This document shows positions 49,582 to 59,589 of a stretch of DNA of 64,000 nucleotides, piece by piece. Position 1 is the stretch's first letter. Every line of letters begins with the position of its first letter. The position numbers were made by a program, and so were the translations under genes. The stretch lies in contig DAIEHI010000167.1 in NCBI GenBank assembly GCA_027355725.1, forward strand, positions 7,711 to 71,710, written 5' to 3'. The stretch comes from Acidimicrobiaceae bacterium. Its GTDB lineage: Bacteria; Actinomycetota; Acidimicrobiia; Acidimicrobiales; RAAP-2. The notes below the pieces were generated by a model, which did no database searches, was not told the DNA's origin, and worked only from the letters and a program-made list of their open reading frames with translations.

Positions 49582-50322
49582 GTGACTCCAATACCTGATG
49601 ATGCCCACGAGTGGGTCAGTTTTGATGACAATGACGTGCAGCGAACCTGGATGTTTGACGTGACATTCCTCGAAAGTAACTGGACCTGCATCTTTGGAAA
49701 CGGCTGCCAGGGTGTACTCACCGCACCAACCCCCGAACTCGTCCAGGGCTGTTGCAGCTACGGCGCACATTTCACCGATGAAAAGGATCGGCGTCGAGTA
49801 GAAAAGGCCGCTAAGCGTCTCACCGATGACCAGTGGCAGTTCAAGCACAAGGGCAAAGAAGGCACGACAAGGGTGAAGAAAAATGGTGAAATCGTCACCA
49901 GATTGGTGAAGGATGCGTGCATTTTCCTCAATCGCCCCGACTTCCATCGAGGCGCCGGCTGCGCTTTGCACGTCTTGGCAATGGATAACGATGAGAGTTA
50001 CATCCCACTGAAGCCAGAAGTCTGTTGGCAACTCCCCCTACGACGTGATGACGAAGTCCAAGAGAACGGACGGGTCATCACGAGGATCGCCCAGTGGAAC
50101 CGAGACGACTGGGGCGCGGGTGGCGAGGAATTTCACTGGTGGTGCACCGAGGACCCAGCCGCCTTCGTTGGTGCCACCCGAGTCATCGATTCCATGCGAG
50201 AAGAACTCACCGCCATGGTCGGCGAACGAGTTTACGATCAACTGCGCGCATACGTCGACAAGCGCGCCAGTCAGCCCCAGGCGACGTTGCTGCCACACCC
50301 TGTGCTGCGGCGAAGGCCCTAG
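49582..50322 (+). CDS. Conserved Cys-rich protein (Fe-S or Zn binding, YkgJ/DUF3109-like)
   Basis: CIFGNGC, GCCSYGAH, CIFLN, GCALH, KPEVCWQLP. Confidence 0.75.
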   Translation: MTPIPDDAHEWVSFDDNDVQRTWMFDVTFLESNWTCIFGNGCQGVLTAPTPELVQGCCSYGAHFTDEKDRRRVEKAAKRLTDDQWQFKHKGKEGTTRVKKNGEIVTRLVKDACIFLNRPDFHRGAGCALHVLAMDNDESYIPLKPEVCWQLPLRRDDEVQENGRVITRIAQWNRDDWGAGGEEFHWWCTEDPAAFVGATRVIDSMREELTAMVGERVYDQLRAYVDKRASQPQATLLPHPVLRRRP

Positions 50323-50531
50323 CCCTCTGCGGCTAAAGGGTCCTCTTCGTTGAAGGTACTTCGAGGCAACGAGCCAAGAATCTCTTCGTATCGGTCCTCT
50401 TCGGCGAGGCACCACTCCGCGTGCACGTCCTCTGGTGCCGCGCCACACTCATCGCACGTCGTCGCACGAGGTCCAGTATTGCGCTTGAGTTCGCGGGCTT
50501 CGACAAACCGACGATGGCGACCCTTTTTCAC
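50319..50531 (-). CDS. Small protein with a CxxC...HxxxC motif
   Basis: GAGGAG RBS before GTG; CDECG...HAEWC. Confidence 0.55.
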   Translation of the reverse strand: MKKGRHRRFVEARELKRNTGPRATTCDECGAAPEDVHAEWCLAEEDRYEEILGSLPRSTFNEEDPLAAEG

Positions 50532-50647
50532 GTCAACTCCTCACTGGCCGCAGGCCATAACTGGCGGCGGCCGCGATTCAGTAGAACTGAACCGAGTAGC
50601 CATGATACCAACTTGAGCCTGGTCCCGGACCCCTCTAACATTCAGCC

Positions 50648-50881
50648 GTGAGCGAACCCTTTGATCCCAATGAGATGGTGCTGCGTTTTCGCGAGAGAGC
50701 AGAGGCGGTGAGACGCCGCGGCGTACCCCCCGTAGAGGGCCCCGAGCGTCAACTCTTCTTAGAAGCAGCCCGGCTGGACTTCCAGGATTACGCCATGCTG
50801 GGTGATGCCGTGGCCACCCTCGAAGACGGGATCCTTCGACTGGAGATAGACCTTCGACCTCAAGGCGACAACCAGGACTAG
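50648..50881 (+). CDS. Small hypothetical protein
   Basis: 77 aa; TAACAT-N6-GTG leaderless start; fills the gap between genes. Confidence 0.65.
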   Translation: MSEPFDPNEMVLRFRERAEAVRRRGVPPVEGPERQLFLEAARLDFQDYAMLGDAVATLEDGILRLEIDLRPQGDNQD

Positions 50882-51315
50882 TGCGTGAGTGACACCACGT
50901 CAACGCGCACGGTGGCCTCGGCGAGCTTGCTCAGACCCTTCGCGAGCGAAGCAATAGCGGCGGCGCGAGCGGCGGGGTCCGCACCCGCTTTGTAACACTG
51001 GTTGGCCCCTGCACCGAGGTTCGTGTACGCCGCAGAAAGTAGCGTTGTCGACTGGTCGTCGGGCGTGGGCAACGATGCGTTCGCTGACTCGGTGTCGACG
51101 AGCAACACCGCGCACACCGTGTGAAGCGACGCGCTCGAGGTCGCGACGTCACGAAGGGCCGACGCCGAGTGTCGAACGTCGGTCGTGAGAATCTGCATAG
51201 AGGAGTGAAAGTTACTCTGAGTGACCCACGTGCGCATGGCCGAGACCGCACTCACCGTTCCGCACGCGCTCAAGAGCAACCCCGCGATGACCAGTAGCCC
51301 CACGCGTCGAATCAC
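50878..51315 (-). CDS. Putative lipoprotein
   Basis: LLSAC lipobox; coupled to tyrS stop. Confidence 0.65.
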   Translation of the reverse strand: MIRRVGLLVIAGLLLSACGTVSAVSAMRTWVTQSNFHSSMQILTTDVRHSASALRDVATSSASLHTVCAVLLVDTESANASLPTPDDQSTTLLSAAYTNLGAGANQCYKAGADPAARAAAIASLAKGLSKLAEATVRVDVVSLTH

Positions 51316-52595
51316 TCGACAACCATGAGATGCAGTTCTCGCTTCCCGCGCCGTACCACGAGATACCGGTCGTGCAGCGTGCGCGTCAGGTCTATGGATT
51401 CACCTTCTTCAAGGCGCACATTGTTCACGTACACGCCACCTTGGGCCATGAATCGACGCCCCTCGCCCTTGGACTTGGCGAGCCCGCACCGAACCAGGAG
51501 TTCCACCGGATCAACGCCCTCGGCGAGCTCGGACCTCGACCAAGTCGATGACGGTGCGTCAGCCACAACCTGCAGCAGTGTCACCTCATCCAATTCAGCG
51601 ATCGCCTCATTGAAGAGCGCTTCGCCTGCGCGCTGCGCGTGCGCAGCGGCTCGTTCACCGTGCACGAAACTCACAACGGCGTTCGCCAGCGCACGCTGGG
51701 CGAGACGTTCTTGGGGTTTGGCGAGCGTTGCCTCGTCGAGGTCAGTGATGACATCGTGGTCAAGGAAGGTGAAATAGCGCAGCGACGCCGAGACCGTGGC
51801 GTCTTCGGTGTTGAGCAAGAACTGGTGGAGCGCGAACGGGGACGTCAACTCGGGGTCAAGCCACACCCGATCATTGCCACCTTCGGACTTGCCGAACTTT
51901 TGACCATCCGCGCGAAGTAGCAATGGCGAGGTGACGCCGTGCACCACTCGTCCGGTCACCCTGCGCACGAGTTCGGTGCCCATGGTGATGTTCCCCCATT
52001 GGTCAGAGCCGCCTAACTGAAGCGAGCAGTCATGGTCCTCGGCGAGCCGCAAGAAGTCGTAGGCCTGCATAAGCATGTACGTGAACTCGGTGAAGGAGAG
52101 ACCAACGTCCTCTCGGTCTAGCCGGCTCTTCACCGATTCCTTAGCGATCATCTGGTTCACGGTGAAGTGCTTGCCGACGTCGCGCAAGAAGTCGGTCAGC
52201 GAAATCGTGGTCAACCAGTCAGCGTTGTTGAGAAGCAACGCACGAGACGATCCCGCTTCGGGCGTGAAGTCGAGGTATTTCGATAGTTGTGAGCCAATCC
52301 CCTCGATGTTCTGTGCCAACTTCTCAGTCGTGAGAAGGGGACGCTCCGCGGCTTTGAAGCTCGGGTCGCCCACCAGTCCAGTGCCGCCGCCAGCCAGTGC
52401 GATTGGACGATTCCCGGCCAGCTGGAGTCTGCGCAGCAGACATATCTGCATGAGGCTTCCAAGGTGCAGGGAGGGCGCGGTTGGATCAAATCCGATGTAG
52501 GCAGTGACCCCACCACCACTCAACCGATCGAGAATGGCCTCGTCGGTCGTTTGGTGGACCAAACCACGAAACTGCCAATCTGCGCGTAGATTCAT
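51312..52595 (-). CDS. tyrS: Tyrosine--tRNA ligase
   Basis: YIGFDPTAPSLHLG, GGSDQWGNI, KFGKS, C-terminal S4 domain. Confidence 0.97.
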   Translation of the reverse strand: MNLRADWQFRGLVHQTTDEAILDRLSGGGVTAYIGFDPTAPSLHLGSLMQICLLRRLQLAGNRPIALAGGGTGLVGDPSFKAAERPLLTTEKLAQNIEGIGSQLSKYLDFTPEAGSSRALLLNNADWLTTISLTDFLRDVGKHFTVNQMIAKESVKSRLDREDVGLSFTEFTYMLMQAYDFLRLAEDHDCSLQLGGSDQWGNITMGTELVRRVTGRVVHGVTSPLLLRADGQKFGKSEGGNDRVWLDPELTSPFALHQFLLNTEDATVSASLRYFTFLDHDVITDLDEATLAKPQERLAQRALANAVVSFVHGERAAAHAQRAGEALFNEAIAELDEVTLLQVVADAPSSTWSRSELAEGVDPVELLVRCGLAKSKGEGRRFMAQGGVYVNNVRLEEGESIDLTRTLHDRYLVVRRGKRELHLMVVE

Positions 52596-52621
52596 GGGCC
52601 AAGTCTACGAGAACGACTCGA

Positions 52622-53362
52622 CTACAAGAGTGCGTACGAAGGCATGTGCACCTGGAGCCACACGACGAATGAGTTCCACGCCCCAGTGACCTCAGCGATG
52701 CCGATGAGTATCAGCAACACACCGCCGATCAGACCAATGATGCGCGCGTGGCGTCGCAACCACGTTGAGACGCCCTTCATCCATTCGGTGGCGATCGCCG
52801 CGATGACGAATGGCACGCCTAAGCCCAGGCAATATACGAACGCCAAGACTGAACCGCGAACGGCCGTCGCGCCCGACGACGAAGCAGCGAGGCCCAGTAT
52901 CGAGCCCAACGTTGGTCCAATGCACGGCGTCCATCCCAGCGCGAACGTGAAGCCGAGCACCGCAGCGCCCACCACGGTCACTCGCGGCAAGCGGTGTATG
53001 CGTCGTTCGCGTTGAAGCCACCCTGAAGGAAAGAAACCAGCGAAGAACATTCCCAGCATGATCGTGAGGACCCCAAAGATCACGTCGAGCATCCGCTCGT
53101 GGGAGCGAAGGGTGCTCCCAAGTCCTCCAAAGAGTGCGCCGAAACTGACGAAGACGAGCGCGAAACCCAAGATGAAGGCCAGAGAGCCAGCGACCGCCCT
53201 CCCCCGCCCAGTACGTGCTTCGACCTGACCCGACGCGCCACCGAGAAATGCGAGGTATCCGGGCAGTAGCGGCAGTACACACGGCGAGACGAATGACACA
53301 AGGCCCGCGGCGAAGGCCAGTGGAAACGCGGCAATCAAAGACACCGGGAGTGTCGCTACCAT
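52622..53362 (-). CDS. ccdA: Cytochrome c biogenesis / thiol-redox membrane protein CcdA
   Basis: SFVSPCVLPLLPGYL, GWTPCIGP. Confidence 0.92.
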   Translation of the reverse strand: MVATLPVSLIAAFPLAFAAGLVSFVSPCVLPLLPGYLAFLGGASGQVEARTGRGRAVAGSLAFILGFALVFVSFGALFGGLGSTLRSHERMLDVIFGVLTIMLGMFFAGFFPSGWLQRERRIHRLPRVTVVGAAVLGFTFALGWTPCIGPTLGSILGLAASSSGATAVRGSVLAFVYCLGLGVPFVIAAIATEWMKGVSTWLRRHARIIGLIGGVLLILIGIAEVTGAWNSFVVWLQVHMPSYALL

Positions 53363-55038
53363 CTGATGCCCCCGTCTCGAGTCACGACTGATTGAACCAT
53401 CGCGTCATGGATTCGAACGTTCTCATCTCGCTCTGGCACCGTTGCCACGACAACGCTGAGTCCGTCCCTCGAAAGCCCGCGCTCGATGGCACTTCGAAGT
53501 TGCGCGCGCGTCGATGCGACCTCAGCGCAGTGCCCGAATGCCTTGGCGATCGCGGCGAGGTCGTGCAGACGAGGCGTGCCGAAGAGTCTCTCGAAACGTT
53601 CACTCTCAAGCGCGGAAGCCTGAGGCAGGAACGAGAAGATCCCTCCGCCACGGTTGTCAGCCACCACCAGCACGCACGTCCCCCCGATCTCGCCGAGGCC
53701 GTCAACCAATCCCGACACGTCATGCAGCATCGTCAAGTCCCCAACGAGACCAATGCCTCGCCCCGCAACGCTCACGCCCAACACCGTCGACACGACGCCG
53801 TCAATGCCGTTGGTCCCACGATTGGCGTAGGTCGCACTCTGGCGTGACGGCGCCCACCACTCGACGTCGCGAAACGGCATAGAAGAGCCAATCACCAGGG
53901 GTACCTGGAGGTCAGTGCTCACCTCAACGACGGTGCGGGCGACCAGTGGTTCGTCGAGTCCACTTTCGTCGTTGGTCACGCCGTCAAGATGGTCACCCAC
54001 CGAGGTCGACGCGCGCGACCACATGAGCGCGTACTCCTTGTCAGCACTAAGTTCGTGGACCCCGCGACGAGGCAGCCCCGTGAAGTCTTCACTGATCAGT
54101 CCGTCTGGATCGGCGACCGCGCCCGCTCCAAGCAGCGCCACCGTGCGCACACTCCATTCGCGAAGTCGCGTCGCCAAGACCTTTGACGCAGGCAGTCCGC
54201 CCAGGCGAACGACGATGTCGGGCCGAGCCATTTTTGCAAAATCATCGCTTCGAAGGAGCGGATCGAAGTATGGCGTCGTTCCTTGTGCGGTCGCGTCGCC
54301 CAGCACCACCCAATCCAAGTCCCGACACGCCTCGATCACCTCCTGGTCTACGCCCTGACCCACCACGGCGAGCACGCGCTGACCAGTGACCGCAAGGTTC
54401 GCCACCTCGGCCCCGCCGCCACCAAATGAACGCCACGCGCCCCTGTCGATACGAGCGTCGGGTAGCTCCAGCGCCACGCCCAGTAACGGCTCACTGAACG
54501 CGGCGTTGAGATGCACCGGCCCCGCACTCGCCGACTCACCTACGGCGCTCATCCACAGTCGACTGGCCAGAGCACGCCACGATGACGATGCTTCGAGACG
54601 AGCAATTCCCGGCTCTTCGAACCTGCGCACCTTCCTTCCGTAGAGTTCGCGCTGTTCGATCGTCTGAGGTGCTCCTACGCCATGTAGTTCTGGCGGTCGA
54701 TCCGCGGTGATGACCAAGAGTGCGACGTTGGCGAGGTCCGCCTCGGCGACCGCGGCGTGCAGTTCTGTCGCGGCGGACCCACTCGTCACGATCACCGCCA
54801 CCGGGCGCCGAGTCACGAGTGCGCGACCGATTGCGAAGAAACCGGCACTTCGCTCGTCAATGCGCACGTGCAGTCTGAGCGCAGCATTGGCGGCACACGC
54901 TACGGCCAGAGGAGTTGAACGAGACCCGGGGCATAGAACGACATCAACAAGTCCGCAGCGTGACCACTCGTCAAACAGCGTTGCGGCAAAGGTGGCTTGC
55001 ACATCGGCCGGACTAGGTACGCTCTGTTGCAATGCCAC
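53356..55038 (-). CDS. menD: SEPHCHC synthase
   Basis: PGSRSTP, DERSAGF, TADRP, NRGTNGIDG, GGIF; start may be GTG 55002. Confidence 0.95.
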   Translation of the reverse strand: MALQQSVPSPADVQATFAATLFDEWSRCGLVDVVLCPGSRSTPLAVACAANAALRLHVRIDERSAGFFAIGRALVTRRPVAVIVTSGSAATELHAAVAEADLANVALLVITADRPPELHGVGAPQTIEQRELYGRKVRRFEEPGIARLEASSSWRALASRLWMSAVGESASAGPVHLNAAFSEPLLGVALELPDARIDRGAWRSFGGGGAEVANLAVTGQRVLAVVGQGVDQEVIEACRDLDWVVLGDATAQGTTPYFDPLLRSDDFAKMARPDIVVRLGGLPASKVLATRLREWSVRTVALLGAGAVADPDGLISEDFTGLPRRGVHELSADKEYALMWSRASTSVGDHLDGVTNDESGLDEPLVARTVVEVSTDLQVPLVIGSSMPFRDVEWWAPSRQSATYANRGTNGIDGVVSTVLGVSVAGRGIGLVGDLTMLHDVSGLVDGLGEIGGTCVLVVADNRGGGIFSFLPQASALESERFERLFGTPRLHDLAAIAKAFGHCAEVASTRAQLRSAIERGLSRDGLSVVVATVPERDENVRIHDAMVQSVVTRDGGIRW

Positions 55039-55784
55039 TCCTTCGATACGAACGCCACGGCAGCGGTCCGACCCTCGCCTGGTTGCACGGCTTCACCCAG
55101 ACCCGATCATCTGCGCACCAGTTCCGTACCATTCTGGCAGGAACTCACGAACTCCTTACACCTGACCTACCAGGTCACGGAGATGCGTTCGAGATCACGG
55201 CGACGCTTGAAGAAACCGCCGATCTGTTGGTCATGGGACTTCCCGAGCAACCGGTGGACCTTGGAGGCTATTCCTACGGCGCACGAGTGGCGTTGCACAT
55301 CGCGCTGCGACACCCGAAGCGTATTCGAAGGCTCGTTCTCATCGGCGCGAGCAGGGGCATCCACAGTGAGATCGAACGTGGCGCACGCCTCGAGAGGGAC
55401 GAGACACTCGCTCGGCACATAGTTGAGGTCGGCACCGACAGATTTCTCGATGAATGGCTGTCCCAGGAGATGTTCCAATCACTCCCCGACGACGGCGCTG
55501 AACGTGCGGCGCGAAGCACTGACCCCGGCGGTCTCGCCACTTCGCTGCGGTACTCAGGCACGGGTACCCAGGCGTGGCTCGGCGAGCGAATACAGGCAAT
55601 AAGCGCGCCGACACTCGCACTCGCGGGCGAGCGCGACGCCAAATTCACCGTCGAGGCTCGAGCCATTGCCGTGGGTGTAGCGAATGGATCATTCCAATCA
55701 ATCGAGCACGCTGGTCACGCCGCGCATCTCGAACAACCTGCGCTGTGTGCGCTGGCTGTTCAGTCCTTCCTGCTCAGCGAGTGA
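55032..55784 (+). CDS. menH: SHCHC synthase (alpha/beta hydrolase)
   Basis: LHGFTQ, GYSYGAR, GERDAKF, GHAAHLEQP; men context. Confidence 0.85.
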   Translation: MPLLRYERHGSGPTLAWLHGFTQTRSSAHQFRTILAGTHELLTPDLPGHGDAFEITATLEETADLLVMGLPEQPVDLGGYSYGARVALHIALRHPKRIRRLVLIGASRGIHSEIERGARLERDETLARHIVEVGTDRFLDEWLSQEMFQSLPDDGAERAARSTDPGGLATSLRYSGTGTQAWLGERIQAISAPTLALAGERDAKFTVEARAIAVGVANGSFQSIEHAGHAAHLEQPALCALAVQSFLLSE

Positions 55785-56643
55785 CGAAGAACGTCGCAGT
55801 CAGCAACCCACCCAAGGCAAGTTGCGTGCGCGCCGATGCTTGCAGGAGCGGCAAGAGGTCTCGACCGTTGCGCGATGAGAATGCCATCTTGAGTGCAGGT
55901 ATGTACACAATGAGGGCAAGTCCACCAATGACGGCCTCACCGCCAACGACCAGAGCGACTGCGACCGCGCCAACGCAGAGAGCGTAGAGCCACGAGGCGC
56001 GTTCACGCCCCAGTCGCGCAGCGAGGGTCTTCTTACCCGCGAGCTGATCTCCTTGCACGTCGCGAAGATTGTTCGCCTCAAGTAGTGCGCACGCCATTGA
56101 GCCGGTCGCGAGCCCGAACCACCACGCGGAACTTGGAACGCTTCGATGCTGTACATAACTCGATCCCACGGTGGCGACGAAACCGAAATAGATCATGACA
56201 AAGAGCTCGCCGAACCCGTAGTAGCCGTAGGGCTTGGGCCCACCGGTGTACAGCCATCCAGCGAGTATCGCGGTCAGCCCGACCGCCACCAGCCACCACG
56301 ACGTACGAGACGCCAAGACGAGCCCCGCAATCGCGCCGAGCGAGAAGGAACTCCAGGCGGCGTACTTGACCCTGCTCGGCGCCACGAGTTTCGAGGCGGT
56401 GAGTCGAAAGGGGCCGACGCGCACCGAGTCAGTCCCGCGCACACCGTCGGAGTAGTCGTTGGCGTAATTCGTCCCGATCTGAAGGGCGAGTGCGACGACC
56501 ATGCACAAAAGCGAGTTCAACCAATTGATCGACGCCGGTCGAACGAGTGCGGCACCAACGACCACCGGCACCAATGCAGCGGGCAACGTGCGCGGTCTGG
56601 CTGCGAGAACCCAGCGTTGGAGCGGACCCGGCACCTCGCTCAT
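55774..56643 (-). CDS. menA: 1,4-dihydroxy-2-naphthoate polyprenyltransferase
   Basis: [30 protein letters not shown]. Confidence 0.95.
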   Translation of the reverse strand: MSEVPGPLQRWVLAARPRTLPAALVPVVVGAALVRPASINWLNSLLCMVVALALQIGTNYANDYSDGVRGTDSVRVGPFRLTASKLVAPSRVKYAAWSSFSLGAIAGLVLASRTSWWLVAVGLTAILAGWLYTGGPKPYGYYGFGELFVMIYFGFVATVGSSYVQHRSVPSSAWWFGLATGSMACALLEANNLRDVQGDQLAGKKTLAARLGRERASWLYALCVGAVAVALVVGGEAVIGGLALIVYIPALKMAFSSRNGRDLLPLLQASARTQLALGGLLTATFFVTR

Positions 56644-57533
56644 GGCCGTTTCGGGAACTTCGAGAAGTCAGGCTTTCGATGTTCGACGAAGGCATTCCTG
56701 CCCTCTTGCCCCTCTTCGGACATGTAGAAGAGCATCGTCGCGTCTCCCGCCAATTGCTGGACTCCTGCGAGTCCGTCTTCGGCCGCGTTGAAACCAGCCT
56801 TCAGCATCCGCAGGGCGATTGGTGAGAGGGTGAGGATCTGGCGACACCAGGCAATCGTCTCTCGCTCGAGCTGTGCGAGGGGTACGACCGTGTTCACAAG
56901 ACCCCACTCGAGCGCCTGATTGGCGTCGTATTGACGACAGAGGAACCACACCTCTTTGGCGCGTTTGACACCAATGGTGCGTGCGAGCAGCGACGAACCA
57001 TACCCTCCGTCGAAGGAACCCACGCGTGGGCCGGTCTGGCCGAAGCGAGCATTATCGGCCGCAATCGAAAGGTCGCACACTAGATGCAGAATGTGACCGC
57101 CACCGATGGCGTACCCGGCAACCTGGGCAATGACCGGCTTGGGGAGTCGACGGATCTGAATCTGCAAGTCAAGGACATTGAGTCTCCCAACGCCGTGACG
57201 TGCCACATCGTCGTCGCCAATGTAACCGTCGTCGCCGCGAATCTTCTGATCACCCCCCGAGCAGAATGCGTCAGGCCCCGCACCTGTGAGGATGATCGCG
57301 CCCACAGAGATATCGTCGCGAGCGCGTTCGAACGCATCAGACAGTTCAAAGAGGGTTTGAGGGCGAAAGGCATTTCGACGCTCTGGTCGATTGATCGTGA
57401 TACGTGCAATACCCTCACCCACCTCATAGATGATGTCGCCGTACTCTCCCTGGACTTCCCATGAGGGCAGAGGCCATGATCGAAATTCTTCGACGGGGTC
57501 GAGTGGTGAGCCGTGGATAACAGTGTCAGACAT
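56640..57533 (-). CDS. menB: 1,4-dihydroxy-2-naphthoyl-CoA synthase
   Basis: [28 protein letters not shown]. Confidence 0.97.
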   Translation of the reverse strand: MSDTVIHGSPLDPVEEFRSWPLPSWEVQGEYGDIIYEVGEGIARITINRPERRNAFRPQTLFELSDAFERARDDISVGAIILTGAGPDAFCSGGDQKIRGDDGYIGDDDVARHGVGRLNVLDLQIQIRRLPKPVIAQVAGYAIGGGHILHLVCDLSIAADNARFGQTGPRVGSFDGGYGSSLLARTIGVKRAKEVWFLCRQYDANQALEWGLVNTVVPLAQLERETIAWCRQILTLSPIALRMLKAGFNAAEDGLAGVQQLAGDATMLFYMSEEGQEGRNAFVEHRKPDFSKFPKRP

Positions 57534-57554
57534 GTCAACCACGCTACCGCTCGA

Positions 57555-59129
57555 TTACACCGGAGACGTCAGTAGTCCCGGGACCGCTCGTTCACCTGGA
57601 CGCGCCTCGTGATCGCGCAAGAGTTCGTGGAGTTCAGCCTGTGCGACGGCGTAACTGGCTTCACCAAATCTGTTCACACGTTGCAGGGGATCATCGTTCA
57701 AGTCGTACAGCTCGCCCTCAGTACCCTCATGAAGCGTGCCGGCGCCGTATTCGGTATACAAGAATTCTCGAGTCAAGACTGACCTGACGTGCACATCAAC
57801 CCCGAAGATCGATGAATCCCATTCGGTGATGGTCGAGGTGAAGGACCGCTGCTCGGCGTCGACGTCGCTCAGTGGGAGCCTCTCGCCTTCCACCCAGTGC
57901 GGCGGCTTTTGACCAGCCACGTCAAGGAACGTCGCGGCCAGTGAGACGAGGCTGACCGGTGCGGTCACGACGCTCGGCGCGATGTCACTCGAACGCGAAG
58001 GGCGCCAGATGAGTGGCAACCGCATGAGGGCGTCCACGTGATACGGACCCTTGAAGAGAAACCCGAAATCGCCCTGGAACTCTCCGTGATCGGTCGTGAA
58101 GATCACATCGACGTCTTCGCCCCAACCCTTCTCATCGACCACCTTCAGTACCCGGCCAATCGCCTCGTCGATCAACTCAACCTCAACCGCGTTCAAGGCA
58201 TTCACCTCACGCACTTGGTCGGCGCTCAACGTGGCGGGCACCCACTTCGCTGGTGCCTCGAAGTTCGATACGAGAGTTCCGTCGTACCACGCGCGCCAGT
58301 GGCGAGCCTTCTGGTCAATCAAAGCCTCGCGCAGTGAGGCGTCCTCTGGGTAGTTGACGGGAAGAGGCACTTCACGCCACGGCACTCGACCAACCTCGGA
58401 CTTGGGTGGATCCCACGGATGGTGGGGGTCGGGAAAGCTCATCCAACAGAACCAGTCCTGATCTGGGTCTTGATGACTCAGCCAGTCGATAGTTCGTTGA
58501 GCCACCCAGTCGGTGTGGTACCACTCGCGAGGCACCTTGTTGTAGCCCAACTGGGGCGCACCACTGTCGCCACCACCGGCTGCGTTGACATTGAACTCTC
58601 GATCAAGGACGGGATAGAAATCACTCACCGCTTCAGGGTGGTTTTCCCTCAGCCACTTGCTGTAGTGAAGCTGACCAGTCGGTCCGTGGGTCGCGAGCTC
58701 CATGTAGTCAAAGCCGCGGTGGACGCCTCGTCGTCCGTCGTACCATTCCTGTTCCACCGTAGGGACGCCGAGATTGGCCAACGCGTTCTCAGCAAAGCGA
58801 CCGAAGGGATCCATGAACGGCTCAAAGTGCGCCTTGCCAATGAGGGCCGTGGCGTAACCGGCGTCGTGCAGATTCTCTGCGACACTCGGCGCCGTCACCG
58901 AAAGAGGAACGCCGTTCATCCAGGCACCGTGCATCGACGGGAACTGCCCGGTCAACATCGAGGCTCTCGATGGCATGCAGACAACCGATGTTGGCTGACA
59001 GCGCTCGTAGCGAATTCCTTCACTCGCGAGTCTGTCAATGACCGGTGTGCGAGAAAGTGTCCCCCCATTCACCCCAATCGTGTCGTAACGCTGTTGATCT
59101 GTCGTGATGAAAAGGATCTTTCGCCCCAC
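57555..59129 (-). CDS. Cys-type (formylglycine-dependent) sulfatase
   Basis: TTDQQR, CMPSRASMLTG, GKAH, PHHP, TDHGE. Confidence 0.9.
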   Translation of the reverse strand: MGRKILFITTDQQRYDTIGVNGGTLSRTPVIDRLASEGIRYERCQPTSVVCMPSRASMLTGQFPSMHGAWMNGVPLSVTAPSVAENLHDAGYATALIGKAHFEPFMDPFGRFAENALANLGVPTVEQEWYDGRRGVHRGFDYMELATHGPTGQLHYSKWLRENHPEAVSDFYPVLDREFNVNAAGGGDSGAPQLGYNKVPREWYHTDWVAQRTIDWLSHQDPDQDWFCWMSFPDPHHPWDPPKSEVGRVPWREVPLPVNYPEDASLREALIDQKARHWRAWYDGTLVSNFEAPAKWVPATLSADQVREVNALNAVEVELIDEAIGRVLKVVDEKGWGEDVDVIFTTDHGEFQGDFGFLFKGPYHVDALMRLPLIWRPSRSSDIAPSVVTAPVSLVSLAATFLDVAGQKPPHWVEGERLPLSDVDAEQRSFTSTITEWDSSIFGVDVHVRSVLTREFLYTEYGAGTLHEGTEGELYDLNDDPLQRVNRFGEASYAVAQAELHELLRDHEARPGERAVPGLLTSPV

Positions 59130-59140
59130 TGATTACTCCC

Positions 59141-59533
59141 CTATTTCGACATCTCAGCTTTGCGCTTGATCTCCGCTAAGGCCTCAGCCGTCGCCCCCGC
59201 GATGATGAGGGCGAGCGCATCGGGTTCTGCGGTTGTCGAATAGACACACAGCGTGTCGTTAACGCCAAGGGCAATTACGTCAATGGTTCCTAAATGAAAT
59301 GTATACAACGGAGCCGTGATCCGGTACGCAAATCTGCGAAGTTTAGGATCAACTGCAAGAATTTTCTCAGGAATCTCCATGCCATTGCTCGTCGTCAGGA
59401 TGCGCGTTGTTCCCTCCACTGAGCAGGACTCGACACCGGGAAACCAGTCTGGTATCGACTGGGGATCCTTGATGATGTCCCAAACGGCATCGGCCGAGGC
59501 CGCGATTCGAAGTTCGTGTCGAAGTGACGCCAC
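59141..59533 (-). CDS. SRPBCC family protein
   Basis: ADAVW.....P..IPDWFPG; GAGGGG RBS. Confidence 0.75.
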   Translation of the reverse strand: MASLRHELRIAASADAVWDIIKDPQSIPDWFPGVESCSVEGTTRILTTSNGMEIPEKILAVDPKLRRFAYRITAPLYTFHLGTIDVIALGVNDTLCVYSTTAEPDALALIIAGATAEALAEIKRKAEMSK

Positions 59534-59589
59534 GCTTCCCCCTCATGGTTGGTTTACGCCAACCTACTTCCTACGCCTAATGTCACAGT

